64,000 bases of DNA. Origin: Azolla caroliniana. Its lineage: Eukaryota; Plantae; Polypodiophyta. Below, in pieces: positions 26,278 to 38,400 of this stretch. A program made the translations under genes and the position numbers. The notes under the pieces were generated by a model. It was not told where the DNA came from. It was given only the letters and a program-made list of their open reading frames with translations, and ran no database searches. The stretch covers positions 13,082,001 to 13,146,000 of the forward strand of contig JBHGNT010000016.1 of assembly GCA_043228905.1 (NCBI GenBank). Direction: 5' to 3'. Numbering within the stretch: the stretch's first letter is position 1; every line of letters starts with the position of its first letter.

Positions 26278-27114
26278 TGTCGTGATGTGGCGTGCTCGAG
26301 AGTGGGAAAAACCGGTGAAAGGGGGTGTCAAAGTGTGCATGTGCAATGTGTGTGCACATGCAAAGAAAAGGGAAAAGAAAGGGTAGAAAGGAGGTATAGA
26401 AGCTCGTCTAAAAATTAAGAGAGAGGAGAGATAAAAAGTAGAGGGGAGACAAGCTATGAATTTGTTGATATAGAATTATATAATATATAAGAGAGAGTTA
26501 ATGGACTAGTGGATAGTAACATTGACTTCTAGCTAGAGGTGCACGGTTCAAATCTTGTCTTACAATGCAACGCGACTTAAGAAATTTTATTCCTTTTGCA
26601 TTGAAGTAAAAATTGGCGACCCCCCTCCTTTTTTTGTCTATAAAAGGACTCGCGTCGAGAGGGGCTCATTTGGGAGGAGGAGACTATCGCCATTTTTCCC
26701 TTAGAGCTCTTCATCTTCTTCTTCACCATTTCTCTTCATCTCATACCCCTTCCTTCCCTCATCGCCACGTGCTCGTTTACGATGCTTGTGAGCCCGAGCT
26801 TCGTTGGTTCGACGTTGCTTTGCCCCCATTCGTCGTTGCGAGCCAATGTGCTGGCCGTTTGGGTGGTGGTGGTTTGTAGGGGTTGACATTTTTGTGGTGC
26901 TCGTGTGTTCGTGTTCGTCGTGTTCGTGCTCCATGTTCGGATTTGCTTTTGTCTCTAAGGGCATTTAGTATTTATGTTTTGTTGAGCTTGTGGTTAACTA
27001 GAAGTTTCTACATTGTAATCAAACCCTATTTTATAAAGGGCCCTCTTGCATTGGAATCGAACACATATTTATTTCTTTAACCAATATCATTTGTGTTTTC
27101 TTTCTTTCTTTGTT

Positions 27115-27635
27115 CTCGTCCCCTTGTATGTTCGGCCGTCTTGTGACGAGGGAGCGTTTCGGGTGCGCCCATGCACCTCTCCTCCTCAAAAAGACGTACG
27201 AGCATTTGTGTGTGTGTTTGTGTCTTCCTTGTACGTTCGGCCGTCTTGTGACGAGAGAGCATTTCGGGCGTGCCCATGCACCTCTTGTCTTCATAAAGGC
27301 GTACAAGCACTTTTGTGTGTGTTTTGTGTCTTCCTTGTACATTCGCCCTCTTGTGACAAGGGAGCGTTTCGGGTGTGCCCATGCACCTCTCCTCCTCATA
27401 AAGACGTACGAGCATTTGTGCGTGTGTTTGTGTCTTCCTTGTACGTTCGGTCATCTTGTGACAAAGGAGCATTCGGCCTTGTCGATGCACCTCTCCTCCT
27501 CATAGAGGCGTACAAGCATTTGTGCGTGTGTTTTGTGTCTTCCTTGTACGTTTGGCGTTCTTGTGACAAGGGAGCGTTCAGGCGTGCCCATAAACCTCTC
27601 CTCCTGATAAAGACGTACTGGCATTCGTGTTTGTG
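27115..27635. repeat. ~105-bp tandem repeat, ~5 copies, inside LTR
   Basis: ccttgta at 27122, 27227, 27333, 27437 and 27542. Confidence 0.92.
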
Positions 27636-28720
27636 TTATCATCCCCTTGTGCGTTCATCTTGCGTGCTCATCTTTGCTTGTACCCGTTTGATCACTTGGC
27701 TCGTGTGGTGATCTCAAAAACTCGACGAGTCGTGATCAACGAAAGCCACCGACCCCACAAAAGGGGCAACGAGCCCTTGCTCGGGAAGGGGTCGGGAAAT
27801 AGTATTGTCGTAAAGCAAACCTCGGGTCTTCTCTATCCCTTCGTACTCCCTAGTCCAAGACTCCCATGGTCCCGCCCAAGTAACAGACATGAGCGAAACT
27901 TTGCGACATAAATTGGAGAACCCGACGTGAAAGGCTTGCAAGGGAGAACCAAGATGCGAGGAGGAGAACTTGCTGAAGCGATGGCGGCGGCGGTGGACCG
28001 CTTGGTAAATGTAAGGAATCGTCCTTGGATTCACCTTCTTCGCTCGGCCACAACCGAGTAAGCGCAAATCGATTGAGCAGAAAATAGGAATCACACAGAG
28101 AAACAAAACGCGAGTACACAGGGATTAACGTGGAAAACCCTAGACGGGAAAAACCACGGGAGTACAAGACTCCAAACCAACACTATACAGAGAAGTATAC
28201 AATGGCGAGCTCCAAGGCGACGACCTTGAGCTCGCTGTCCTCGCCACAGGCGGCGGAAATACACAGAGGCGTCGTCCTCTTCCTCTCTCGCGCTCTATCT
28301 CACTTTCTCTCTCTCACGGCTGCTTCCTCTTCACTCCTCTTGAGTAAAAACAGAAAAATGATAAGCGACAGTAAAACTGTTTGCCCTAAGTCATATTTAT
28401 ACACATATGACTTTGGGGCTATTTACAACTATAGCCTCAAGGGCCCTTGGCAAACATATTCACAGATATGTCCCCGCATCCGGATCTCTCTCCGGGTACC
28501 TTCGTCATCCGGCTCCGTAGCCGGGGTCTTCATCATCCGGATCCAAAACCGGGTCTTCGTCATCCGGCTCCGTAGCCGGGGTCTTCATCATCCGGATCCG
28601 AAACCGGGTCTTCGTCATCCGGTTCCAATACCGGGTACTCCTCATTCGGGTCTTCATTCCCGATTCCCGGACATCTGATCATCCCATCCGGAGGGACCGT
28701 AATCCCAACAAACTCCCCCT

Positions 28721-31700
28721 TCACTTCGGCATGGGATGTCTTTCCAGTCCGACCCTCTTCCGGCACGCTTCCAGCTTGTCGGGAGTGAGCACTTTGGTCA
28801 GCATATCTGACCCGTTCTCGTCCGTGTGGATCTTCGTCAGCACGAACTCCTGGTCTTCTATCCTTTCCCGGATCCAATGATATCTTCGCTGGATGTGCTT
28901 CGTCCGGGAGTGATAGGCCGCATTCTTCGCAAGGTGGATGGCACTCTGACTGTCGCAGTAGAGTCGGTACTCCTCCTGCCGGATACCGAGCTCTCTAATG
29001 AAGTCCTTCATCCATATTATTTCCTTGCCGGCTTCAACAGCCGCCATGTACTCCGCCTCCGTGGTTGACAACGCAACCGTCTTCTGCAGCCTCGACTGCC
29101 ATGAAACAGCTCCCCCTGCATACGTCATCACATACCCTGATGTGGACCGGCTGGTATCTGCATCAGCCGACATATCCGAATCGGTGAAGCCGTCGAGTTC
29201 GGGCTTCCCGGAGCCGAATCGGAGGCACACGTTTGTCGTGCCCTTCAGGTATCGGAGTATCCACTTGACCGCGTTCCAGTGCTCCTTGCCGGGATTGCTC
29301 ATGTACCGGCTCACCACTCCAACTGCATATCCTATGTCCGGTCTTGTACACACCATTGCGTACATCAAGCTTCCGACGGCAGAGGCATATGGTACTTTCA
29401 TCATATCCTCCTTTTCAGCCTTTGTCTTGGGACTTTGCTTGCTGGACAGCTTGCAGTTTGCCGGGAGGGTCGATCCGACCGGTCTTGCTTCCGACATGTT
29501 GAACCGTTGAAGCACCTTTGTCACGTACTTCTCCTGTGACAGCCACAACTGCTTCTTCTTCCGGTCCCGGATGATGTGCATCCCTAGTATTTGCCTCGCC
29601 GGACCCAGGTCCTTCATTGAGAAGGTTCGGTGAAGAGCCTTCTTCAGCATCCGTATCTTGACCTGGTCCCGTCCGACGATCAACATGTCGTCCACGTACA
29701 GGAGGAGTATTAGAAAGTCTCCTCCTTCGAACTTCTTCACAAACACGCAGTGGTCGGACTGCGTTTTGAGGTACCCTTCGTCGGTCATGAAGGAGTCGAA
29801 CTTCCGGTACCATTGCCGGGGAGCCTGTTTCAGTCCGTAAAGGCTCTTCTTCAACCGGCATACCAGGTGCTCCTTCCCTTTCTTCTCGAATCCTTCCGGT
29901 TGCTGCATGTAGATCTCTTCATCGAGGTCACCGTGAAGGAATGCCGTCTTCACGTCCATCTGTTCTAATTCGAGGTCCATGCTTGCCGCTATGCTCAGCA
30001 CCGTCCGGATGGAGGTCATCTTCACTACCGGGGCAAATATCTCGTCGAAGTCGACGCCCTTCTTCTGTTGAAACCCCTTCACCACGATCCTGGCTTTGTA
30101 TCTCGGGGGGTTTCCGGCATCTCCCGGTTTCAGCTTGAACACCCACTTGTTTCGAAGTGCCCGCTTTCCTTTCGGCAACTCCACAAGTTCATATGTGTGG
30201 TTCTCATGCAGGGAATCCATCTCGTCCTGCATGGCACTCAACCACCTGCGGCTCTGGGTGTCGTGCTTTGCTTCTTCAAAGCTCTCCGGCTCCCCCTCAT
30301 CGGTTAGCAGCACGTGCTCTGGATCCGGAAATCTCCGGGGGGGCCTTCTCTCTCTTAGAGGGTATCTCCGTTCCGGAGCTTCGGTAACCGGTTCTTCCGA
30401 TTCTTCTTCATCCGAATCCATTTCGGGATCGGGGCCGGTTCCGGTATCATTTTCCTCTTCTTCGGCCGGTTCTGTTTCTTCACCGTCTTCGGCCAGATCC
30501 TCGAGTGCTAACCGGTCCCTTGCCGGTCGGGACTGCTCCTCGTAGAGTTGATCCTCACCGGTCGACTTGGAGCTCTTCATCTTCTTCTCCGACTCCCAGT
30601 CGGCAAGTGTCTTGTCCTCCATGAAGATGATGTCTCGACTCCTGAATATCTTCTTGTCGACCGGGTCCCATACTCGGTAGCCGAACTCGTCGTCGCCGTA
30701 ACCGAGGAATATGCATGGCCGGGTCTTTGGATCTAGCTTTCCTCTCCGGTCCTTTGCCACATGCACGTATGCGAGACACCCGAACACCTTCAGATGCCGG
30801 TAGGATACTTCCCTACCGGTCCACACTCTCTGCGGCGTGTCTCCGTCCAAAGGTACTGAGGGTGATCTATTTATCACATATGTCGCCGTCGACATTGCCT
30901 CAGCCCAAAATCCCTTGGGTAATTTCGCATGCGCCAGCATACTCCGGACCCTCTCCATTATGGTCCGGTTCATCCTCTCGGCCAGCCCGTTCAGTTCCGG
31001 CGTCTTCGGCACAGTAAACTCGAGCCGGATTCCCTTCGAGCGACAGTACTCCTGGAATTGCCCCCGGTATTCCCCTCCGTTATCCGCTCGTATCGCTTTC
31101 AGCTTCTTGCCGGATTCTCTTTCCACTCTCGCGTGGAGTTCTTTGAAGACGGACAACACTCGGTCCTTTGTCTTCAACGGTGCCGTCCACAGCTTCCGAC
31201 TGTAATCATCGATGAATGTTACGAAGTACTGGGCTCCGCCATGTGACTTGGTTTCTACCTGACACACATCAGTGTGCACCAACTCCAATGGTGCGCTACG
31301 TCTCGTCGGTGGCCTTGAGTGGAAGGAGGTTCGGTTCTGCTTACCGGCCAGGCAATCGGTGCACTTCTCCAGGTGTACATGCTTCACTGGAATAAGGTTG
31401 TCTTCTGCAAGCCTCTTCATCCCCTTCTCACTCATGTGGCACAGTCTCTTGTGCCACAGCTCACCGGCAGTGTCGGCTGCCACGTTCAGCTCCTCCGGAC
31501 ATAGCCGGGAATTCATCAGGTACAGTGTGTTGACCTTCCGGGCCCGAGCCACAATCAGGCTCCCTTTGCTGAACTTCATGACACCGTTCCGGATGCTGCC
31601 CGTGTAGCCTTCATCATCTAGCCTCCCGGCCGAGATCAGGTTCAATCGGACCTCCGGAACGTGTCGTACATCCTTCAGCAGCATCTTGCATCCGGTCGGG

Positions 31701-32794
31701 GTTGTCAACCACACGTCTCCGATGCCGGCAATCCGGCACGTACCTTCATTTCCCTTCCGAACACAGCCATGCTCACCGGCTGTGTAGGATGAGAAGTATC
31801 TTCTCTCCGGGGTCAGGTGGAACGATGCTCCGGAATCGACCACCCAGGTCGTCTCATCGCCGGCAACGTTTAGCTCACCTTCTTCGGTGATGAGCATGAT
31901 TTCTTCCTCACTTGCCGCGAGTGCTGTTGTTCCTTTCCGATCCTGCCCTCGCCGATCCGAACCTCTCCGGTCTGTGGCTCCCCGGTATGCACCGTTTCTC
32001 TCCGGTGACTTCTTCGAATCGGTGTCGTCGGCTCCGTTGTCTTTTCGGTAATGCCGACAATTCTTTCGGAAGTGCCCCGGCTTCCCACAGTGGAAGCATG
32101 TAGGCCTTCCTCTTGACTGCGACCGGGTCCCCGACTTCTCCCGTCTTTGCGGACTCCGGTTCCATTGTCTTCCCCGATCCGATTCGGTAAGCAGCGCCTT
32201 CGTGTCGGAGGCCGGTTCTTTATCTTTCCGACGCGCTTCTTCGTTCAAAATACTTGTCTTTACCGTTTGTAAGGACAAGTTATCTTCGGTGCACGAGGTG
32301 CTGAGAGTCACCACCAAGTTCTCCCAGCTTTCCGGCAATGTACACATCAGGATGATGGCTTGCATTGCATCCTCCAACGGGAACTTAATCGCCGCAAGCT
32401 GGTTCACGAATCCCATGAACGTGCTTACGTGTTCCACCATACTCTCGCCGTCCCGGTACTTGAGATTCACTATCTTCCTCATCAGGGAGGTCCGGTTCAA
32501 CGCATTCTTCCTCTCATAGAGGCCCGACAGCTTCTTCCACATCTCATATGCGTTGGTGTCGTTCGCCACATGTTGTAGGACGCTTACATCGACATATTGT
32601 CGGATCGTCGCTACGGCTTTCCGGTTCAGGAGCTTCCACTCCGACTCAAGTACCCCTTTCGGTATTTCCGACCTGTCAATCGGTTCGTACAGGTCCCGAA
32701 CAATCAGAAGATCCTCCATCTTGATCTTCCAGTCGGCGTAATTTTGTGCATTCAGCACCATCATCCCCGGCTGCCCGCTGCCGCCGCCTTCCAT
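28721..32794 (-). CDS. Copia gag-pol polyprotein (gag, CCHC knuckle, protease, integrase, RT, RNase H), 1357 aa
   Basis: CFHCGKPGHFRKNC, WVVDSGAS, LWHKRLCH..CTDC, VHTDV/DNGGEY/NGLAERMNR, LLYVDDML, FTDSD/STTEAEY/YCDSQSA, in copia domain order. Confidence 0.97.
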   Translation of the reverse strand: MEGGGSGQPGMMVLNAQNYADWKIKMEDLLIVRDLYEPIDRSEIPKGVLESEWKLLNRKAVATIRQYVDVSVLQHVANDTNAYEMWKKLSGLYERKNALNRTSLMRKIVNLKYRDGESMVEHVSTFMGFVNQLAAIKFPLEDAMQAIILMCTLPESWENLVVTLSTSCTEDNLSLQTVKTSILNEEARRKDKEPASDTKALLTESDRGRQWNRSPQRREKSGTRSQSRGRPTCFHCGKPGHFRKNCRHYRKDNGADDTDSKKSPERNGAYRGATDRRGSDRRGQDRKGTTALAASEEEIMLITEEGELNVAGDETTWVVDSGASFHLTPERRYFSSYTAGEHGCVRKGNEGTCRIAGIGDVWLTTPTGCKMLLKDVRHVPEVRLNLISAGRLDDEGYTGSIRNGVMKFSKGSLIVARARKVNTLYLMNSRLCPEELNVAADTAGELWHKRLCHMSEKGMKRLAEDNLIPVKHVHLEKCTDCLAGKQNRTSFHSRPPTRRSAPLELVHTDVCQVETKSHGGAQYFVTFIDDYSRKLWTAPLKTKDRVLSVFKELHARVERESGKKLKAIRADNGGEYRGQFQEYCRSKGIRLEFTVPKTPELNGLAERMNRTIMERVRSMLAHAKLPKGFWAEAMSTATYVINRSPSVPLDGDTPQRVWTGREVSYRHLKVFGCLAYVHVAKDRRGKLDPKTRPCIFLGYGDDEFGYRVWDPVDKKIFRSRDIIFMEDKTLADWESEKKMKSSKSTGEDQLYEEQSRPARDRLALEDLAEDGEETEPAEEEENDTGTGPDPEMDSDEEESEEPVTEAPERRYPLRERRPPRRFPDPEHVLLTDEGEPESFEEAKHDTQSRRWLSAMQDEMDSLHENHTYELVELPKGKRALRNKWVFKLKPGDAGNPPRYKARIVVKGFQQKKGVDFDEIFAPVVKMTSIRTVLSIAASMDLELEQMDVKTAFLHGDLDEEIYMQQPEGFEKKGKEHLVCRLKKSLYGLKQAPRQWYRKFDSFMTDEGYLKTQSDHCVFVKKFEGGDFLILLLYVDDMLIVGRDQVKIRMLKKALHRTFSMKDLGPARQILGMHIIRDRKKKQLWLSQEKYVTKVLQRFNMSEARPVGSTLPANCKLSSKQSPKTKAEKEDMMKVPYASAVGSLMYAMVCTRPDIGYAVGVVSRYMSNPGKEHWNAVKWILRYLKGTTNVCLRFGSGKPELDGFTDSDMSADADTSRSTSGYVMTYAGGAVSWQSRLQKTVALSTTEAEYMAAVEAGKEIIWMKDFIRELGIRQEEYRLYCDSQSAIHLAKNAAYHSRTKHIQRRYHWIRERIEDQEFVLTKIHTDENGSDMLTKVLTPDKLEACRKRVGLERHPMPK

Positions 32795-32809
32795 TTTCTG
32801 CAGCAGTTC

Positions 32810-32821
32810 GCTCTGATACCA
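32810..32821 (-). promoter_or_regulatory. Primer binding site, tRNA-iMet
   Basis: TGGTATCAGAGC 3 nt inside the 5' LTR. Confidence 0.95.
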
Positions 32822-33814
32822 GTTTGTAAGGAATCGTCCTTGGATTCACCTTCTTCGCTCGGCCACAACCGAGTAAGCGCGAATCGATTGAGCAGAAAAT
32901 AGGAATCACACAGAGAAACAAAACGCGAGTACACAGGGATTAACGTGGAAAACCCTAGACGGGAAAAACCACGGGAGTACAAGACTCCAAACCAACACTA
33001 TACAGAGAAGTATACAATGGCGAGCTCCAAGGCGACGACCTTGAGCTCGCTGTCCTCGCCACAGGCGGCGGAAATACACAGAGGCGTCGTCCTCTTCCTC
33101 TCTCGCGCTCTATCTCACTTTCTCTCTCTCACGGCTGCTTCCTCTTCACTCCTCTTGAGTAAAAACAGAAAAATGATAAGCGACAGTAAAACTGTTTGCC
33201 CTAAGTCATATTTATACACATATGACTTTGGGGCTATTTACAACTATAGCCTCAAGGGCCCTTGGCAAACATATTCACAGATATGTCCCCGCATCCGGAT
33301 CTCTCTCCGGGTACCTTCGTCATCCGGCTCCGTAGCCGGGGTCTTCATCATCCGGATCCAAAACCGGGTCTTCGTCATCCGGCTCCGTAGCCGGGGTCTT
33401 CATCATCCGGATCCGAAACCGGGTCTTCGTCATCCGGTTCCAATACCGGGTACTCCTCATTCGGGTCTTCATTCCCGATTCCCGGACATCTGATCATCCC
33501 ATCCGGAGGGACCGTAATCCCAACAGTAAATGCCCAAGAAGGCATCACCGGCCTAGACTGGGCCATAGAGATGGTGGTTAGCACAACGGGTCAGTTCAAT
33601 GGAAGAGATACCACGAGCTACTTGGATGCCTATTGTCACGGATGAACAATTGGGCGTAAAGAGATGGGGAAGTTGATGAGATAGGGAGATCGAGAAGTTG
33701 ATGACAATGAGTAAAAATATCTATTCCATGACTGGTGTTGATTTCCTTCATGTTAACAATGGAGATCAACCCTTTTGATAGATGTAGTGATGCATGATAA
33801 CCATGCTCATGCCA

Positions 33815-33897
33815 AGTCTTACATACTGAGTCTTACATATTGAGTCTTACATACTGGGTCTTACATACTGAGTCTTACATACTAGGTCTTACATACC
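33815..33897. repeat. 14-bp tandem repeat x6 in chromovirus LTR
   Basis: (agtcttacatactg)n. Confidence 0.95.
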
Positions 33898-35473
33898 ACT
33901 CTTTATACAAAGGTTTGAAGTCTAAAGTTTGTGTAGGAGAAATATATATACAAGGCCCTAAGGTTCACATTCGAGTCGATGTTCATGACATTATCCTCCC
34001 CTTAAGTGCCGACTTCAAGAAGGTGTGGGTTTGTGAGGATATCGGAGATGAAAATCATGAACCACTTCCGAGGCATTTAGTAAATTTCTAGCGAGCTTCC
34101 ATCTAGCGTCAGAGATGGGATATCCTTTGCACAATACCAGATACTGGAGCTTTCGTCGGCTCTTGTGCGAGTCCAGAATGGTCTTGACTTCATACTCATC
34201 CCCGGGCGCCAAAGCCACAGGGGGAGGTGGCTTGATGCTTCCTCCTGGAATTGAGGATGGATGATAGAGCTCAAGAAGTGATGCATGGAAGACATTGTGA
34301 ATTTGGTAGTGTGATGGAAGAGCAAGACAAAAAGCCACAATGTTGACTTTATCAATGATGTGGAATGGCTCCAACTTTTTGTAATCAAGTTTGTTGCATG
34401 GGCGAGTTGTCGGAATATGCTGAAGTAATAGCCATACCATGTTACCGACTTTAAAATCAGGCGCAACCCGTCGATGTTGATCAGCCTTCTCTTTGTGTCG
34501 TTCTTGAGCAATTGAGAGTTCTAGGGATAGGTCATGATGCACTTCTTTCATCAGACGAGCTTGTTCTTCAGCAGATGGATTCACAAAACCAGCAGGGATA
34601 GCTATACTAAATAAAGCGTGGGTGGAATCCATAATTTGCCAAGAAGGGTGTTACACTAGTCGGTGTATTGAGAGTATTGTTGTAGGTGAACTCAGCCATT
34701 GGAAGAAATTTGATCCAATCATCTTGTTCATAACTTATCATACATTAGAGATATTGCTCTAGGATCTGATTTACTCGTTTTGTTTGGCTGTCTGTCTCAG
34801 GATGGAAGGCTGTCGAAAATTTTCTAGAAGTTCCAAGAGTTTGGAAGAGGCGCTTCCAAAAATGAGACATAAATTGGGGACCACGGTCAAAGATAATGTC
34901 ATCCGGTAAACCATGAAGGCGCACAATATTTGTTAACAATAAATCTGTTGTTTCCATCCCTGAAATTGCTTTAGAATATGGAATAAAACGTGCCATCTTT
35001 GTGAATCTATCCACCACCACTAATACTGAATTGAATCCCTCAATGTTGGGAAGGTCGGTGATAAAATCCATCGAGATGGAGGCCCATGGCCTACTTGGAA
35101 TTGGCAAAGGTTGAAGTAGACCGTAGGGACGATGATGTACTCCTTTGGCACAAATTGTTTTCACATGTTTTCACATGTTTTCACAAATTGTTTAACAAGT
35201 TTCGAAGGTTGTGGCCACCAATAACTTCTAGAGATTAACTCCAAAGTTTTTGCAACGCGAAAATGTCCAGCTAGTGCTTCATCATGGCATTCCTTCATGA
35301 TACAGATACGACAAGGACCATCTGGGACATACATTAAGTTGTTCCGAAAAAGAAAACCATCTCGAAACATAAATGGTTCTTGACTATTCTGTACCTCCTT
35401 TATGGTTGATTTGTTGACTCGAATATCCTTAATTTCTTTTGCAAATTTGTCGGTGGCAGTATCTATGGCTATT

Positions 35474-38400
35474 TGTTGAGTGACAAGCTCAATAATGAGT
35501 GCATAATACGGTGCGTAACCTAGTGTGTAGACTAAGTGCGTAAAACAGTGTGTAGACTAAGTGCGTAAAACAGTGTGTAGACTAAGTGTGTAAAGGCCGT
35601 TAGAGAGATATTCCCCGAAAGGAATAATTTTGGGTGTGAGTGTAGCGGCTCATTTATGAGCATCAAGTACTGTCAGTACTTGTGTACTGACAGTACACAC
35701 TACATAGCCATAACGGTGCGAACACCGCGAGGCCGTTAGAGAGATATTACTCGAAAGGAATAATTTTGGGAGTGAGTGTAGTGGCTCATTTATGAGCGTC
35801 AAGTACTGTGAGTACTTGTGTCAGCCCGTTAGTGAGGGCTTGTATAAAAGGTGCTCACTGAGCACGAAGTATGTACAGAGTGTCATTATTTTGAAATAGA
35901 ACTTAGTTGTCTGCTCTCTCTATCTCTCCATCTCCATCTCCATCTCTGTGTTTTCTGAGTTCTCCGAACTGTGTACTCTGTGTTTCGCATACGATTCCGC
36001 ACAAAGTATTCTTCTACATGGTATCAGAGCGCAAGGGTTGAGGTCCTCTGCAGCCGAGAAGGAAAGCTTGCGACAAAACAGAGTTGAAGTTGTTGTTGGT
36101 TTTTGTTCGGAAAAGAAAACGACAACAATATGGACAGAGGTATGGGAAGCTCGCTACCAACCAAGAAGCTCGACAGGAGCAAATACGCCTCTTGGTCGTA
36201 CAAGATGCACCAGTACCTGCTTGGCCATGGCTACCGGAGTTATGTCGAAGGAGCTAATGATGTAACACACGAGATTTTTCAGCTTGGGACCAAGCAGAGT
36301 TCTCTACTGCTTTGCATCCTCTGTGAGCGACCAACGATTGAGCTATATTCAGGATGCTAAGACGCCAAAGGACACATGGGCGAATCTCAAAAAGATTTTG
36401 GCCGCAAGCACAACGGCCAAGAAGTTACAGCTTAGACAGGAGCTCAGCAATGTCTGGCAGAAGAATATCTCGGTGGCTGACGATACCACCAAGATCAAAG
36501 AAATCTGCAACTCACTCGGCTCGGTCAACGTGAGCGTTGAGGAGGACGAGATGGTGCAGGTTTGTCTTGGCGGGTTAGTGTCTAAGTTTGGAGCTTTCCG
36601 AACGATTGTCTACACGAGGGAGAATACGTCTTCGTTTTTTGAGCTTTAGTCAATGTTGCGCGTAGAAAAAACCACGCGGGTGGGTCGACGAACCCGCACG
36701 CCGATGGCAAGATGCTCTACATGGAGGATGATAGACCCCGTGGTCGTGGTGGGAGGGGCGGATCGTTTTGCAATGGAGGCGGCCGATAAGAGTAGAACAG
36801 ACGACATAATCGAGATGCCGGAAGCAATTCCACACCCTTCGCAAACAGGGGGAGTTATGGCGGTGCTGGAAGCCGGCAAGAGAAGGCCGTGTCAGATTGC
36901 TGGTATTGTGGGAAGAAAGGCCACAAGGAGAGCGAGTGCTAGAAAAGGAAGGCTGATTCAGACAAAGCCGGATCAAGCAGAAGGGACGTGGAGAGACGTC
37001 AAAAGTCGCACTACGCAGAAGGCTCCGAACGAGCCGGAAATGGAGCTGGCCCTGCCTTCGTAATGAAGCATAAGGCCAACTCAATGGCCGTGAACACCTC
37101 AAAATCGAGCGAGGTGTGGTATGTTGATTCCGAAGCGTCAAATCATATGACCATCCATGAGGAGTGGTTCTCATACTTGGAAAAGCCGGAATCATGAGGG
37201 GTTGTCGAAATGGGGGATGACACTCCGCATACCATCGAACATGTCAACGAAGTTCCCCTTAGCCACGTCGGGCAGAAAGGGAAACTCATGAACGTGTTGT
37301 ACGTCCCGACAATAACAAAGAACCTGGTGTCGATCGGCCAGATCGTCGACCAAGGAATGAAGGTTCGATTCATGCATCTGTGAAGGGAGGATGTTTATCC
37401 TCGACACTAATGAAGTTGGCACCGCGTTGTACACGAAAGGACAAAAGATCGAATCGGATATCGCCCTTTGGCACAAGCGGTTCAGCCATGTAAATTTCCC
37501 ACGGCTTCATGACATGCAGACGAAGAACATTGTTTTCAGGTTGCAGAAATTTCGTGGCCGGAATGGCCAAGTTTGCGAAGCTTGTCAGATGGGAAAACAA
37601 CACCAACTTCCATTCCCCAATGAGCGTAATCGCAATCGAAGTCCGCTGGATTTGATCCATTCGGATGTGTGGGGTCCGGCACAGAACGTGAGTCTCGGTG
37701 GAAACCGTTACTTTGTAACCTCTATAGCAACTTCACTCGGCACACGTGGGTATGCACGATCGCGAAGAAGAGCGAAGTCTTCGCATGTTTCCTGAATGTC
37801 AAGAGTCTTGCCGAAAGGGAAACAGGGTGTAAGATCAAATGCCTACGGTTTGATGGCGGGAAGGAGTACTTCTCCGACCAGTTCACAAGCTATCTACCAA
37901 GGAGGGAATCCAGATGAGTAGAAGGGGTATAAATGTTATAACCACCGAACAAAGGAAGTACGCGTAAGTCGAGATGTCGTGTTCGACGAATTCGCTTCGT
38001 GGTACCTGCCTTCACCTCCAATACCTCACGACTCCATTCTGAATTCTGATGAAGAAGTCAGCAAGACTGAGATGCCTCTACATGATGAGGAAATCGGAGC
38101 TCTGAGAGAGAGTCTGATCTCATTTCGGCCAAGTGGGCCGAATGAGGGGTTGAGCTGAAATGGACAACCTATTGAACAAACGGCGAGTAGTGGAGACTCA
38201 GCCATGATGTCCCCGCGTAAAGAATCGAGGAGACGGTTTACGCACAAGGAGAAGGGCAAGAAGAAAATGACGGAATACGACTTCGACAATGCTGGGTCAG
38301 ATTGGAGCGAGTCTGACTACGGGCAAACTGGAAAGGAACCTCCACACAAGAGGTCGACAGTAGCCGAAAAGGTCGGGTAATCACGAATTGCGATGATTTA

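Larger units (their letters stand above)
28010..33525 (-). mobile_element. Intact full-length Ty1/copia (Tork/Tnt1-like) retrotransposon
   Basis: 701-bp LTRs at 28010-28710 and 32825-33525 (TG...CA), TSD GTAAA (28005-28009, 33526-33530), iMet PBS at 32821-32810, PPT GAAGGGGGAG, single uninterrupted ORF. Confidence 0.98.
26278..33633 (+). mobile_element. Second tRNA-Trp-primed gypsy-type element: 5' LTR 26278-27908, PBS 27914-27931, gag start interrupted by nested elements
   Basis: LTR TGTCG...CGACA; PBS TGGAGAACCCGACGTGAA. Removing the copia joins MAAAVDRLVN to AQEGITGLDWAIEMVVSTTGQFNGRDTTSYLDAY. Confidence 0.8.

Noticed and set aside
28130-28678. 182-aa ORF duplicated at 32945-33493
   Set aside because: Antisense within the two LTRs, with a GTG start; the duplication only reflects LTR identity.
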